The notes: generated from the sequence alone by a model not told the origin. Shown: positions 27,384 through 37,020, counted from the first letter of the stretch. The stretch is 46,778 nt of DNA from Pseudohongiellaceae bacterium (GCA_047638635.1 JBLIMM010000002.1:1-46778), one strand, 5' to 3'. A program made the numbers and translations.

Positions 27384-30300
27384 TCAAAGCTCGAATAGCT
27401 CGACGCGCTCAGAGCCCAGAGCCTCGTGAGCAATCTCCACGAGCCGCTGGTGGTGGGTGAAGAAGATCACCTGGGTTTTCTGCGCGAGTTCGCCTAGCAC
27501 TTCTAGCCCAGCCCTGGCTCGCTCGTCGTCGAAGGTGATGAACAAGTCGTCGGCCACGAAGGGCAGCGCCGCGTTCTTTTCGAGGTGCCGTTCGAGACTG
27601 GCAATGCGTAGCGCTAGGTAGAGCTGATCCGCCTCTCCTTCGCTGAGCTGTTGGGGGACAACTTCACGATCATCAGCGCGGCGGCAGAGCAGCGAGGGTT
27701 GAGCGTCGTCGTTGTAGGCCACGGTGAGCTCTGTGAAGTGCTCGACGGTGAGCCGACGAAACAACTCACCGGCTCGCTCAAGAAGTGGCCCCTGGTTGGC
27801 TTGGCGGTAGCGTTGGATCTCTTGCTCTAGCAAGTGGGCGGCCAGGTGCTGGCGCGCATAAGACTGGGCCAGCTCTCGCACACTGGCGAGTTCGTTTTCT
27901 GCCAGCTCGGCTGCTTCGGCTGCTTCATCGCCCCGGTCGAGGCCCTTGATGATTTCTCGTTGGGCGCCGAGAGCCTGGGCTGCGTCAGTCTGCTGCAGGC
28001 CGAGTGCCTCGAGCTGCTGGGCGAGCTGTTCGATCTCGTTGGGCAGCGCGTCCGAGTCGAGACCGAGAACCTCATCTCTCAGGGTCGCAAGATTGCTCAC
28101 GCCACTGGACGTGACGACGTTGTCCCGAGACTCTGCCAATCGATCGTCTAAGTCGCGTGCTTGCTGGGAGCGTTCTTCCGCTTGCACCAGTTCGTCGAGA
28201 GTTTGGCAGCTCCCCTGGACAAGCAACTGATCGCGCAAGGCAAGGTCTGATGCCTGTTGGGTGAGTTGCGTGTCCAGCTTCTCCCGGCATGAGTCCAGCT
28301 CAGCATTGTTGCGCAGCTGAACGCCGTGGGCCAACTCTGCGGCAGCCAAGTTTGTGGCCAACTGATCTACAGCGAGAGAGGCCTCGGTGTGCTGGAGCTG
28401 CGCGGCGCAGCTGACGGTGAGAGCGGTTGTGTCTTGAGCGAAGAGGGCCTGCGCCTTGTCGATGCCTTCTACCCGGGCCTGCAGGTTGCGGACAGTCTGA
28501 ACCTGTTCTGCCAGGGCGACGTGAGCATCGAGGAAGGCCTCCACTTCATGGGTGCTCGCTGTCTCACCTAGGGGCAAATCGGTGATCGTGTTTGCCCACA
28601 GCTCCTGCCACTGCTTGAGTCTCGCGGCCGCTTCGGTTTCGGAGAGCCGAGCCTGCTCGAGACCCTCGCTGAGCTGCTCGACTCCCAGCGTCAGTTGCCG
28701 AGAGTCTTCAGTGATGTTTTGCAGCCGAGCGAGCTCCAACTTGGCGGCTTCGTAGCCACGTGCAAGTTTGCCACCAAGGTCGTCATGCTCTGAGTGGTCA
28801 GTGTCGCCGGTGCTGCTGGGGTGGACGGAAGACAGCTCGCGCTCGATTTGGCTGAGATGCTGCTCCATGGCGACTTGCAGCAAACCCGTGGCGTCCTGAG
28901 CCTCGTGCAGCTCACGAATGGCCTCGCGCAACTGTTCGAGTCGCTCAAGCCACGTGCGCATTTCCTTGGGAGGCAAGGGCGTGACACCGCATGGCTGCCA
29001 TGCGCTCGCCCACTCCGCGAGACATTCGGCGCGGGCGGTGTCGAGGGCGCTGCTCTCGGTGTCACACTGTCTTGTCTGCTCGGCAAACTTCTGCTGCTCG
29101 ATATGTAGCCGTGCGAGGTGAGCTGCTTGCTCAGTGGACCGGCGCAGCAAATCCGCCGCGTCGTCAGCGGCTTCGATGTTCGAGCTGAGATCCACGGAGA
29201 GTTCGCGATGAGTTGGTTGTGTGCCGGAGGCCTCTTCGCCCTGAAAGTGAGCGGCGATTTCGTCGTCGATGCTCTGGCCGTCGAGCCACGCTCGTTGCAC
29301 CAGCCGCCAGCCAGTGTCTCTCCGTGAGCGAGATGCTTGGACTGTTTCCTCGCTCGGCAAGTGGCCTTGCTTCGCCAAAGCGGCGAGGTCGTCGGAGACT
29401 CGCTTGGTGTCGAGGTCGAGCGCGGCTTGACGGGCTTGCAGTTGGTCCGCGCTGTGATCGATCTTCTGCCAACGTTTGTCGAAGCGATCCACCGTGTCTT
29501 GGTGTGGACAGGGCAACCGCTGCGCGTCGGCGAGAGTTCCTGTCCAATGCCCTAGCTGAGCGAGTCGCTCGTCCGTGGTGGCTTGCATTCGCTGCTGGCG
29601 ACTGAGCGCTGCAGCATGCTGTCGCGGCAAATCGCCAGCGGTGCCTAGTCCATCCACGGCGCTGCGAAGAGCATCGGGTGATTGGATCTCCCCGAGAGCG
29701 GACAGTTGGTCTTTAGCTCGCTGTTGTCGACCAGCGGCCTGAGCGGTGGTCGTGGTCGCCTTGGTCAACTGATCAACAAGCAGATGTTCTTCAGGGATCA
29801 GCTTACGAAGGCGAGTTTGCAGATCTCCAGCGACTTGCTCAGACTCGTCCCCCAGCTCGTTATGGATCAGAGCTGCTTGTGTCGCCTCCCGCGCTGCTTC
29901 CATGCGAGCGACAAGCCTGACCCGGTCGGACGCGGCTTCTTGCTGTGCACCGAGCCGCTTCACCAGCACGTTGATTTGTGTGTTGTGAGCGAGCAAGTCA
30001 CGGTGGCTTTCGGAGAGATCGCTGTGCTCTTCTAGTTCGCTGAGACGTTCATTGAGCTGCTGAATAGCGGCCTCACCGAGACGCATTCTGCCGCTAACTT
30101 CGAGACGACTTTCTCTCGTTTCGACGGGGAGGAGCGGGGCGTCTCCCAGGTCGTTCCGCCGGCGCTGCAAGTCGTCGTACTTAGCCAGCAGCGGGAAAAC
30201 CCGGAGCATGCGTTCAAGGCGAGCTCTCTTTGGAGCGAGTGTGTTGATCTGCTCTGCAACTTCGTTGCGGGTCTGCAGGAGCTGAGCTTCTTCTTGCTTC

Positions 30301-30923
30301 GCCTGGCGCCAACGAGAGGGCTGCAGCTGGCTCTTGGTGGATGCACTCAACGCCTGCTTGAAGTTGCTGATCGCCTTGTTGAGCGCAGGCTTTGTGCCCT
30401 TGGGCAAGAACAGGGCGCTGGCGTTGTCACGGAGTCGCGCCAAGAGTTGGTGGACATCGCGACCCATCCCCGCGCCGAACAAACTTTCGCCCAGGTCTTC
30501 TCCACCACTGACGAGTTGCTGGCCAGCCGACCGCAGCCGCTCGTGGTCGAGGGCGAACAACGTCGAGTAGAGGTCTTCATGAATACCGCCCAAGAGCTGC
30601 TCGAGTTCGGCTTCAGGTACGAGCGTGCCATCCGCTGCGCTCAGTGTGTTTTTGCGGCCTTTGCGGCGGACAACGTCGAGGGTGCGCCCGCCGCTGCCTT
30701 CTAGGAGAGCACCGACGCGGAGCTTGTCGCTGTGGTGTTGCCAGCCATCGGTAGTCGTGTGACCGAAACCGAACAGCAACGCAGACAACGCGCGCAACGA
30801 GCTGCTCTTTCCCGCACCGTTGTGCCCTTGAAGAAGCTGCAACGTGCCTGGTGTCGCAGCCATTGTCAGGCTGCGATCAGTGAAGGGACCAAAGGCCGTG
30901 AGGTCGAGTCGCCGAATCTTCAC
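27384..30923 (-). CDS. SMC/Rad50-like coiled-coil ATPase of the YhaN (SbcE)/SbcC type
   Basis: 1179 aa. The N-terminus is MKIRRLDLTAFGPFTD..LQLLQGHNGAGKSSSLRAL (Walker A). A very long Leu/Gln/Glu/Ala-rich central region looks like coiled coil, and I see no CxxC zinc hook. The C-terminus has LSEGEADQLYLALRIA (signature motif), PFVADDLFITFDD (Walker B) and VIFFTHH. ATGA overlap with the upstream nuclease gene. Confidence 0.85.
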   Translation of the reverse strand: MKIRRLDLTAFGPFTDRSLTMAATPGTLQLLQGHNGAGKSSSLRALSALLFGFGHTTTDGWQHHSDKLRVGALLEGSGGRTLDVVRRKGRKNTLSAADGTLVPEAELEQLLGGIHEDLYSTLFALDHERLRSAGQQLVSGGEDLGESLFGAGMGRDVHQLLARLRDNASALFLPKGTKPALNKAISNFKQALSASTKSQLQPSRWRQAKQEEAQLLQTRNEVAEQINTLAPKRARLERMLRVFPLLAKYDDLQRRRNDLGDAPLLPVETRESRLEVSGRMRLGEAAIQQLNERLSELEEHSDLSESHRDLLAHNTQINVLVKRLGAQQEAASDRVRLVARMEAAREATQAALIHNELGDESEQVAGDLQTRLRKLIPEEHLLVDQLTKATTTTAQAAGRQQRAKDQLSALGEIQSPDALRSAVDGLGTAGDLPRQHAAALSRQQRMQATTDERLAQLGHWTGTLADAQRLPCPHQDTVDRFDKRWQKIDHSADQLQARQAALDLDTKRVSDDLAALAKQGHLPSEETVQASRSRRDTGWRLVQRAWLDGQSIDDEIAAHFQGEEASGTQPTHRELSVDLSSNIEAADDAADLLRRSTEQAAHLARLHIEQQKFAEQTRQCDTESSALDTARAECLAEWASAWQPCGVTPLPPKEMRTWLERLEQLREAIRELHEAQDATGLLQVAMEQHLSQIERELSSVHPSSTGDTDHSEHDDLGGKLARGYEAAKLELARLQNITEDSRQLTLGVEQLSEGLEQARLSETEAAARLKQWQELWANTITDLPLGETASTHEVEAFLDAHVALAEQVQTVRNLQARVEGIDKAQALFAQDTTALTVSCAAQLQHTEASLAVDQLATNLAAAELAHGVQLRNNAELDSCREKLDTQLTQQASDLALRDQLLVQGSCQTLDELVQAEERSQQARDLDDRLAESRDNVVTSSGVSNLATLRDEVLGLDSDALPNEIEQLAQQLEALGLQQTDAAQALGAQREIIKGLDRGDEAAEAAELAENELASVRELAQSYARQHLAAHLLEQEIQRYRQANQGPLLERAGELFRRLTVEHFTELTVAYNDDAQPSLLCRRADDREVVPQQLSEGEADQLYLALRIASLERHLEKNAALPFVADDLFITFDDERARAGLEVLGELAQKTQVIFFTHHQRLVEIAHEALGSERVELFEL

Positions 30924-32218
30924 TGCGGCCTCTCGCTGTCGGTGCCCCGTGTTTCGTCGCTCGTGGCCAGGAACTCCGGGATGAGCAGGCTCTCCACGTC
31001 ATCGACGAGGCTGCGCAGGGTGTCCACGTTGCCTAAGTCGACACCATCCGGTCCTGTCCACGCAGGGCGGGGTAGTTTCTTGCACACATCGTCAAACACC
31101 TGGGCGAGTTTGGCGATGTCCTCTGGATTGTTGCGCAAATCGTCGAGGCCCCGGAGCAAGTCTCCCAGCGGGTCTGTCCGTTGACGCAGTTCTTCCAACG
31201 AGACAGCCGGTCGCGTTTTGAATCGAATCTTCTCGATCCACACGTCCTCGCCAGCGACTTCCATCGCGCGCTGGCGAATCTCGTTGGTCCAGCGCTCGGG
31301 CTCGCGAGCGAGTTCTCCGTGCACTGTGCTGCTGCCGTGAAGTTCAAGTCGCAGTGCGACCATGCGACCGTCTGCAGCGGAGATAGCTTTGGCCGTTGCG
31401 TTGGCAACGCACTCGAGCATCTCCGAAGAGGAGCGCACGTCAGTGAGATCGATTGTCACGCGAGACCAGCGAACTACATCGAGGGTCACGGCTTTGACCT
31501 CGCTCACCACACCATCGACAACCTCGATCACCGTGCAGCCCTTTGCGCCGGTTTCCCGGGCGTGCCGCCCTTGAAGGTTTCCCGAGAAAACGATCCAAGG
31601 ATCTTTGTGCAGCACTTCTCGTTGATGCACATGGCCGAGGGCCCAGTAGTCGTAGCCCTTGGCCACGAGGCTCCCGGGGTGACACGGCGCGTAAGGCTCG
31701 TGACCCTCTCGCCCATCGGCGCTGGTGTGTAGCAGGCCGATGTTGAAGCAACCGGCTACGGGTTCGGGGTAGTCGACCGAGATGTCATCGGTGATCTCGC
31801 GGGTGGCGTAGCTGCGACCATGAATGGCGACGTTGAGCGCGTCGAGCTGCATGGTGTGGGCGGCGTCACTGTCGAACTGGGTAACGTTCGCCGGGAGCGA
31901 AAGGTGCTTGGTCACGGTGCTCTGGGCGTCGTGGTTTCCTCGCACGATGAACACGGGGATCTGCTGGGCACCCAGGCGGTTCATCTGTTGCGCGAAGAAC
32001 AGTCCGGTGCTGAAGTCCTTCCAGGATCCGTCGTAGAGATCACCGGCGATGAGCAGAAAGTCGACGCTCTCTTTGCAGCACAGGCTGACGAGCGCAGCAA
32101 ACGCTTCACGCGTGGCGCCGCGGAGCCGCTCTACGGGCGCACCGTCGTAGCGCTGCAGTCCGACGAGCGGGCTATCGAGATGAATGTCAGCGGCGTGGAC
32201 GAACCGAAAAGACGTCAC
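30920..32218 (-). CDS. Metallophosphoesterase DNA-repair exonuclease of the SbcD/YhaO (SbcF) type
   Basis: 432 aa. Motifs: FVHAADIHLD, LLIAGDLYDG, VRGNHD, LLHT and ALGHVHQR. This is the calcineurin-like nuclease motif set. Confidence 0.85.
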   Translation of the reverse strand: MTSFRFVHAADIHLDSPLVGLQRYDGAPVERLRGATREAFAALVSLCCKESVDFLLIAGDLYDGSWKDFSTGLFFAQQMNRLGAQQIPVFIVRGNHDAQSTVTKHLSLPANVTQFDSDAAHTMQLDALNVAIHGRSYATREITDDISVDYPEPVAGCFNIGLLHTSADGREGHEPYAPCHPGSLVAKGYDYWALGHVHQREVLHKDPWIVFSGNLQGRHARETGAKGCTVIEVVDGVVSEVKAVTLDVVRWSRVTIDLTDVRSSSEMLECVANATAKAISAADGRMVALRLELHGSSTVHGELAREPERWTNEIRQRAMEVAGEDVWIEKIRFKTRPAVSLEELRQRTDPLGDLLRGLDDLRNNPEDIAKLAQVFDDVCKKLPRPAWTGPDGVDLGNVDTLRSLVDDVESLLIPEFLATSDETRGTDSERPQ

Positions 32219-32249
32219 GGATCGCGAGGCCTTATGGCGACGGCCTCGC

Positions 32250-32639
32250 TCACTGGGCGAGGGGTTCGGCCATGACGGTCATCGCCGTGCCCAAGGCGCT
32301 GGTGACTAGCACCATGCTGACGAAGAACTTGGCCACGCTGAGATGCATGGGCCGCATGGACTCGTCTTTGGCGAGGCGCACACCAGTGACCACCAGCACC
32401 GGGATCGACAAGAAGACAATGGCCACGCCACCGAAGTGAATGTACTTCACGACCTCAGCGGCCCCGCTGAAGACGAGGCCCTGGCCGTACAACTCCGCTT
32501 CGTAGATGGCCCAGGTGAGCACCCCGAAGAGCATGACCACAGTGCCGTAGTGCAACGAGCGGCGGCGGCTGGCTCCAGACCAAATCACCAAGGCCAACAC
32601 GGCGGCGGTGAGGAGCACGCTGAGCAGAAGTGACGTCAT
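32250..32639 (-). CDS. Small integral membrane protein (4 predicted TM helices), unknown function
   Basis: Track ORF 32250..32672. I prefer the ATG at 32639 (MTSLLLSVLLTAAVLALVIW..). There are four hydrophobic segments, and I recognise no family motif. Confidence 0.55.
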   Translation of the reverse strand: MTSLLLSVLLTAAVLALVIWSGASRRRSLHYGTVVMLFGVLTWAIYEAELYGQGLVFSGAAEVVKYIHFGGVAIVFLSIPVLVVTGVRLAKDESMRPMHLSVAKFFVSMVLVTSALGTAMTVMAEPLAQ

Positions 32640-32705
32640 GGGGTGGGGCTCGATCGGGTGGCAGGCTGGCACAGTGTATCCCGGCCGCCTTCACGGGCGC
32701 ACCCG

Positions 32706-35360
32706 TCAGGAACTAGGCTCTGGCTTCTTGGCAGCGACCTTCTTCTTGGTTGTCTTTTTCGAGGTCGCCTTCTTTGCGGTGGCCTTCTTCTTGGTGACCT
32801 TTTTCTTGGTGACCTTCTTCTTGGTGGCCTTCTTCTTTGCACCCTCTTCGTCGTCGTCCTTCTTGCGCTGTGGCGGCTTCAGTCTGACTTCAGGGTGAGT
32901 CTTGCACTGGAGCTTGCCCCCGGCCACGGGCTCGGTCATCGGCTTGGCGCAGAGCTTGCCCGTGCGCGAGGCGTGGGTGCAGGAGGGCAACGATAAGGTT
33001 CCGCGACACTTGGGATACCGCGGGCAGGCCAAGAACTTGCCACGGCGGCTTCGCTTCACAACCAGCTCGGCCCCACAATCGGGGCAGGGCACGCTGGTCT
33101 CGTCGGGCCACAAAGGTTCGCCGGCCTTGCTGAGGGAAACCGAACCCTTGCAGCTGTGCTTCTTAAACCCGGTGCAGGCCAAGAAGGCGCTGCCCCAACG
33201 GTTCACCTTGCGCTCCATCTGCCGTCCACAGACCTCGCCCTTGTCGTTCTTCTGGCGGCAAAGGTGGTCGGTGAGTTCAGCGGCTGCACGAGCCCGCCCC
33301 GTGAGCGTCAGAATGTTGCGACAGTCTGGGTAACGGGAGCAGCCGAGGTAGGTCCCGAAGCGATTGAACAGCACCGCCATGGGAGCCTCGCAGGCCGGTC
33401 CGCCATCTTCTGGAACCTTGCCGCAGCGCAACTCGTCCAGGAGCAAAGGCTTGTCCCAGTAGGGCTCCATTTTTTCCGTGGCGTGCTCGAGATCCTTCGC
33501 GAACTTCGAGTAGAAGTCCTCCACGACCTTTTTCCACGGCACTTCGCCGTCGGCGATGCGGTCGAGTTCAGACTCCATGCGCGCGGTGAACTCGGTGTTC
33601 ACGATGCGATCGAAGAAGGGGATCAGCAGGTTGGTGACGACCTCGCCCAGGTGGGTGGCGTGGAACGACCGGGAACGCTTCTTTGTCGGAGCACCGTTGC
33701 CGATGGCCTCGTCGTCATCGTCAGTCTCGGGTGTTTCGGGCTCGGGGTCTGGAATGCCCGCGACCATGCGATGGCGTGCTTCGTCCTCTGTGGCTTCTTC
33801 GCCGTTGTCCACATACTTGCGGTCAACGATGGTCGAGAGAATCGATGCGTAGGTAGACGGTCGGCCAATGCCGTGCTTCTCGAGCGAGCGTACCAACGAG
33901 GCTTCTGAGTAGCGCCGCGGTGGCTTGGTGAAGTGCCGGCTGGGGATCAGCGCATCGGCACTGATCTCTTGGCCTTCGACCATTTCGGGAAGCTGCTGGT
34001 CGGCGCTGCGATCCTTGCCGTACACACGGGTATGACCGTCGAAAAGGGTCACACGGCCGGAAGCCTCGAAGCTGGCTCCACCGCGAGCAAATTCGACGTT
34101 GGTCACCGCGTAGCGCGCCGGAGACATCTGACTGGCCATGAAGCGGCGCCAAATCAGGTCGTAGAGCTTCCATTGCTCGGGCTTCAACACCGCGAGCAAG
34201 CTGTCGGGAGTGCGCTTGGGGTCCGTGGGCCGGATGGCCTCGTGAGCCTCTTGGGCGCCCTTCTTGCTCTTGTAGGCGTTGGGCTTCTCTGGCAGATAAC
34301 CGTCCCCGTACATCTCGGGGATCAGCTTGGCCGCAGCCTGACGAGCTACGTTGGACAGGTTGAACGAGTCTGTCCTCATGTAGGTGATCAGACCCGCTGC
34401 GCCCTCGCCGGGAAGCTCCATGCCTTCATAGAGCTGCTGGGCGACGCGCATGGTGCGCCGAGCGGCGAATCCGTGCCGGCTCGAGGCTGCTTGCTGCAAG
34501 GTGCTGGTAATGAAGGGTGGCTTGGCCCGGTCGCTTTTGGCCAGGCTGTTGAGCGCCGTGATCGTGAACGGCCCGCACTCGGCTAGCTCAGGAATGGCCT
34601 CTGCGGCGCCTTGGTCGTCCATGCCCCCTTCGGGGCCCGCAGCGTTGGGCTCGACCCGGCGCATGGCTTCTAGGGTGCCTGAGGCCGTGACCAGCTTGCG
34701 CTTCTCGCCGTCGAGCTTGGTGAACTCGGCCCGGAAGCCTTCTTCTTCGCTGCCGAACCGCGCGCCGAGGTTCCAGTATTCGTCAGGGACGAAGTTGCGG
34801 ATCTCCACTTCGCGCTCGACCACGATGCGCACCGCCACCGACTGCACCCGCCCTGCGGAGAGTCCCCGAGAGAGCTTCTTCCAGAGCAGCGGTGAGAGCT
34901 GGTAGCCCAGCAGGCGGTCGAGAATACGCCGGGTGCGGTAGGCATCCACCCCGTGATAGTCGATCTCCCCAGCCTTCTCGAAGGCCTCCTGAATGGCCGG
35001 CTCGGTGATCTCATGGAAGACCACCCGACGCACTGTCGGAGCATCGTCGCCCGTGCGATCGCCCACCAACGCGGCGACCAGATGCCAGGCAATGGCTTCG
35101 CCCTCGCGATCTGGGTCAGTTGCGAGGTAAATGGTGTCCGCTTTGGCGGCTCTCGTTCGTAGGTCATCAAGGACTTTGGTGCGGTCCTTGATCTCCTCCC
35201 ACGATGTTTCGAAATCATTGTCAACATCGATGCCGAGACCGCTTTTGGGCAAGTCGCGGACGTGGCCCATGGAGGCTTTGACGGTGAAGTCTTTACCTAA
35301 GAACTTGCCAATGGTCTTTGCCTTGGCAGGTGACTCGACGATAACTAGTTGTTTGGCCAC
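32706..35360 (-). CDS. topA: DNA topoisomerase I (type IA) with four C-terminal zinc ribbons and a Lys-rich tail
   Basis: 884 aa. Motifs: LVIVESPAKAKTI, GHVRDLP, ATDPDREGEAIAWH (Toprim), ITYMRTDS (catalytic Tyr), four Cys4-type ribbons, and the tail KKKATKKKVTKKKVTKKKATAKKATSKKTTKKKVAAKK. Confidence 0.95.
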   Translation of the reverse strand: MAKQLVIVESPAKAKTIGKFLGKDFTVKASMGHVRDLPKSGLGIDVDNDFETSWEEIKDRTKVLDDLRTRAAKADTIYLATDPDREGEAIAWHLVAALVGDRTGDDAPTVRRVVFHEITEPAIQEAFEKAGEIDYHGVDAYRTRRILDRLLGYQLSPLLWKKLSRGLSAGRVQSVAVRIVVEREVEIRNFVPDEYWNLGARFGSEEEGFRAEFTKLDGEKRKLVTASGTLEAMRRVEPNAAGPEGGMDDQGAAEAIPELAECGPFTITALNSLAKSDRAKPPFITSTLQQAASSRHGFAARRTMRVAQQLYEGMELPGEGAAGLITYMRTDSFNLSNVARQAAAKLIPEMYGDGYLPEKPNAYKSKKGAQEAHEAIRPTDPKRTPDSLLAVLKPEQWKLYDLIWRRFMASQMSPARYAVTNVEFARGGASFEASGRVTLFDGHTRVYGKDRSADQQLPEMVEGQEISADALIPSRHFTKPPRRYSEASLVRSLEKHGIGRPSTYASILSTIVDRKYVDNGEEATEDEARHRMVAGIPDPEPETPETDDDDEAIGNGAPTKKRSRSFHATHLGEVVTNLLIPFFDRIVNTEFTARMESELDRIADGEVPWKKVVEDFYSKFAKDLEHATEKMEPYWDKPLLLDELRCGKVPEDGGPACEAPMAVLFNRFGTYLGCSRYPDCRNILTLTGRARAAAELTDHLCRQKNDKGEVCGRQMERKVNRWGSAFLACTGFKKHSCKGSVSLSKAGEPLWPDETSVPCPDCGAELVVKRSRRGKFLACPRYPKCRGTLSLPSCTHASRTGKLCAKPMTEPVAGGKLQCKTHPEVRLKPPQRKKDDDEEGAKKKATKKKVTKKKVTKKKATAKKATSKKTTKKKVAAKKPEPSS
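32788..32832. repeat. Three tandem 15-nt units inside the topA tail-coding region
   Basis: ttcttggtgaccttt / ttcttggtgaccttc / ttcttggtggccttc, read directly. On the coding (minus) strand these encode the repeated KKVTK/KKATK units. Confidence 0.85.
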
Positions 35361-35534
35361 GGTTTAGAGCACGCTCATTGGGATGGGGTGGGCGCTGGAG
35401 AGAGTCCGCATCCTTAGCTGTGCGGGCGGTGACGGTCAAGGGTTAGCCCTACAGCGATCTTGAGATGGGCAGCTGAGAGGGTTGTTTTACCCTCCGCGGG
35501 GAGCCTGTTGGAGGCCTCGATATTGGGTGGTCCT

Positions 35535-35556
35535 CAGCCCCCTCGAGAGGGGGCTG
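35535..35556. other. Perfect inverted repeat (10-bp arms, 2-nt centre) in the topA / dehydrogenase divergent intergenic region
   Basis: CAGCCCCCTC-GA-GAGGGGGCTG, read directly. Both flanking genes point away from it, so it is not a terminator for either. Confidence 0.8.
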
Positions 35557-35721
35557 CCAAGATGGCAGCGGGCCTGTGGCTGATCGGCGTCAGCCCTGGC
35601 CAGGCAGGCCAGATCGATGCTAGACTCCCCCGCCCGTTGTACGAGGCCCGACTGAAAAAGGGTCTGCAGGACTCACGTCCCGATGGTTTTTGACGGGCTA
35701 CACACCTCTGGAGTTTGAGCA

Positions 35722-36783
35722 TTGAAGATTACCCCCATTGAGAAAGCTGGCTGGGAGAAGGTCGCCCGTGCGGAAGACCCCGAGTCCGGCCTTCTAGCCT
35801 TCATCGCCGTGCACAACAGCACTTTGGGCCCGGCCCTTGGCGGCATGCGGCTCTGGGACTATGAGAGTGAGGACGCGGCGCTGACCGACGTGTTGCGTCT
35901 CTCTCGTGGCATGACCTTCAAGTCATCTGTTGCTCGCACCGGTTTGGGTGGCGGCAAGTCAGTGATCATCGCTCCGGCTTCGGCCAAGACCCCCGAGCTC
36001 TTCCAGGCCATGGGTCGCTTCGTTGAGACGTTCGCCGGCAAGTACACCACCGCCGAAGACGTCAACGTGGGCATCGCCGATCTCCTCGAAGTGCGCAAAG
36101 AGACCAGCCACGTCACGGGCCTCCCTCGCGATTTGGGTGGTTCGGGCAACCCCAGCCCCTCCACGGCTCGCGGTTGCTTCGTGGGCCTGAAAGCCGCCGT
36201 GGGCGCCGCCTTCGGTAGCGAAAACCTCGACGGCAAGGTCGTTGCCCTCCAGGGCCCCGGCTCCGTGGGCATGATCCTGGGCAAGTACCTCATCGACGAA
36301 GGGGCCAAGCTGGTCGTCAGCGACGTGAACCAGGCCAACCTCGACCGGGCTGTGTCCGAGCTGGGTGCCACGGTGGTCGCCCCTGACGACATCTACGACG
36401 TCGATTGCGACATCTACGCCCCCTGTGCTCTCGGCGCCACGCTCAACGACGACACCATTGGCCGGCTCAAGTGCAAGGTCATCGCCGGTGCAGCGAACAA
36501 CCAGCTGCTCGACGAGAACATCCACGCCCAGCAGGTGCTCGATCGCGGCATCCTCTACGCCCCCGATTACGTGCTCAACGCTGGTGGCATCATTAATGTC
36601 TCCATCGAGTTCGACGAGGGTGGCTACGACGAGGATCGTGCCTCCAAGAAGATCGACAACATCCACGATGCCCTGGTCGAGATTTTCGCCACAGCCAAGG
36701 CTCAGGGCATCACCACCCACGCCGCAGCTCAGCAAATCGCCGAGGCAAACTTGAGCGAGGGCGCAGCAGCTCACACTGCCTGA
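35722..36783 (+). CDS. Leucine/phenylalanine/valine dehydrogenase (Glu/Leu/Phe/Val dehydrogenase family)
   Basis: 353 aa, TTG start with GGAG 8 nt upstream. Motifs: IAVHNSTLGPALGGMRLW, LRLSRGMTFKSS, GLGGGKSVII (catalytic Lys) and VALQGPGSVG (NAD fold). Confidence 0.9.
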   Translation: MKITPIEKAGWEKVARAEDPESGLLAFIAVHNSTLGPALGGMRLWDYESEDAALTDVLRLSRGMTFKSSVARTGLGGGKSVIIAPASAKTPELFQAMGRFVETFAGKYTTAEDVNVGIADLLEVRKETSHVTGLPRDLGGSGNPSPSTARGCFVGLKAAVGAAFGSENLDGKVVALQGPGSVGMILGKYLIDEGAKLVVSDVNQANLDRAVSELGATVVAPDDIYDVDCDIYAPCALGATLNDDTIGRLKCKVIAGAANNQLLDENIHAQQVLDRGILYAPDYVLNAGGIINVSIEFDEGGYDEDRASKKIDNIHDALVEIFATAKAQGITTHAAAQQIAEANLSEGAAAHTA

Positions 36784-36819
36784 GTGACCTGCGAAAAACA
36801 CTGCCTCACAGCAGCGTCG

Positions 36820-36866
36820 CGAAACCCCGGTTCGGCCCAGCGCCGCGCCGGGGTTTCGTGCGTTTT
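36820..36866 (+). terminator. Rho-independent terminator candidate after the dehydrogenase gene
   Basis: CGAAACCCCGG (36820-36830) pairs with CCGGGGTTTCG (36848-36858), an 11-bp stem with a 17-nt loop that has internal GGC/GCC pairing. It is followed by TGCGTTTTG. Confidence 0.6.
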
Positions 36867-37020
36867 GGGGATGGCCGGTCGCCGACTTGCGGAGCAGGGG
36901 TCTAAGACACCGTCGAGTGAGGAGCCAAGGAGCCCGCCCTTGACCGGTGCATTCAGGCGCGTGAAACTCAACCCAAGCTCCTAGGCTGGAGGGGGGAGAA
37001 TCGACGAGAGGGTTTCCCAG

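Noticed and set aside
27384-32218. The idea that the nuclease plus SMC-like ATPase pair is a phage-defence system (Wadjet or Lamassu type)
   Set aside because: Wadjet needs kleisin/KITE and Toprim (JetA/B/D) partners, and Lamassu needs LmuA/LmuC-type effectors. None is present. The pair has the calcineurin-type nuclease plus Rad50-like ATPase composition of SbcCD/YhaON repair enzymes and sits among core genes. I kept only the synteny observation.
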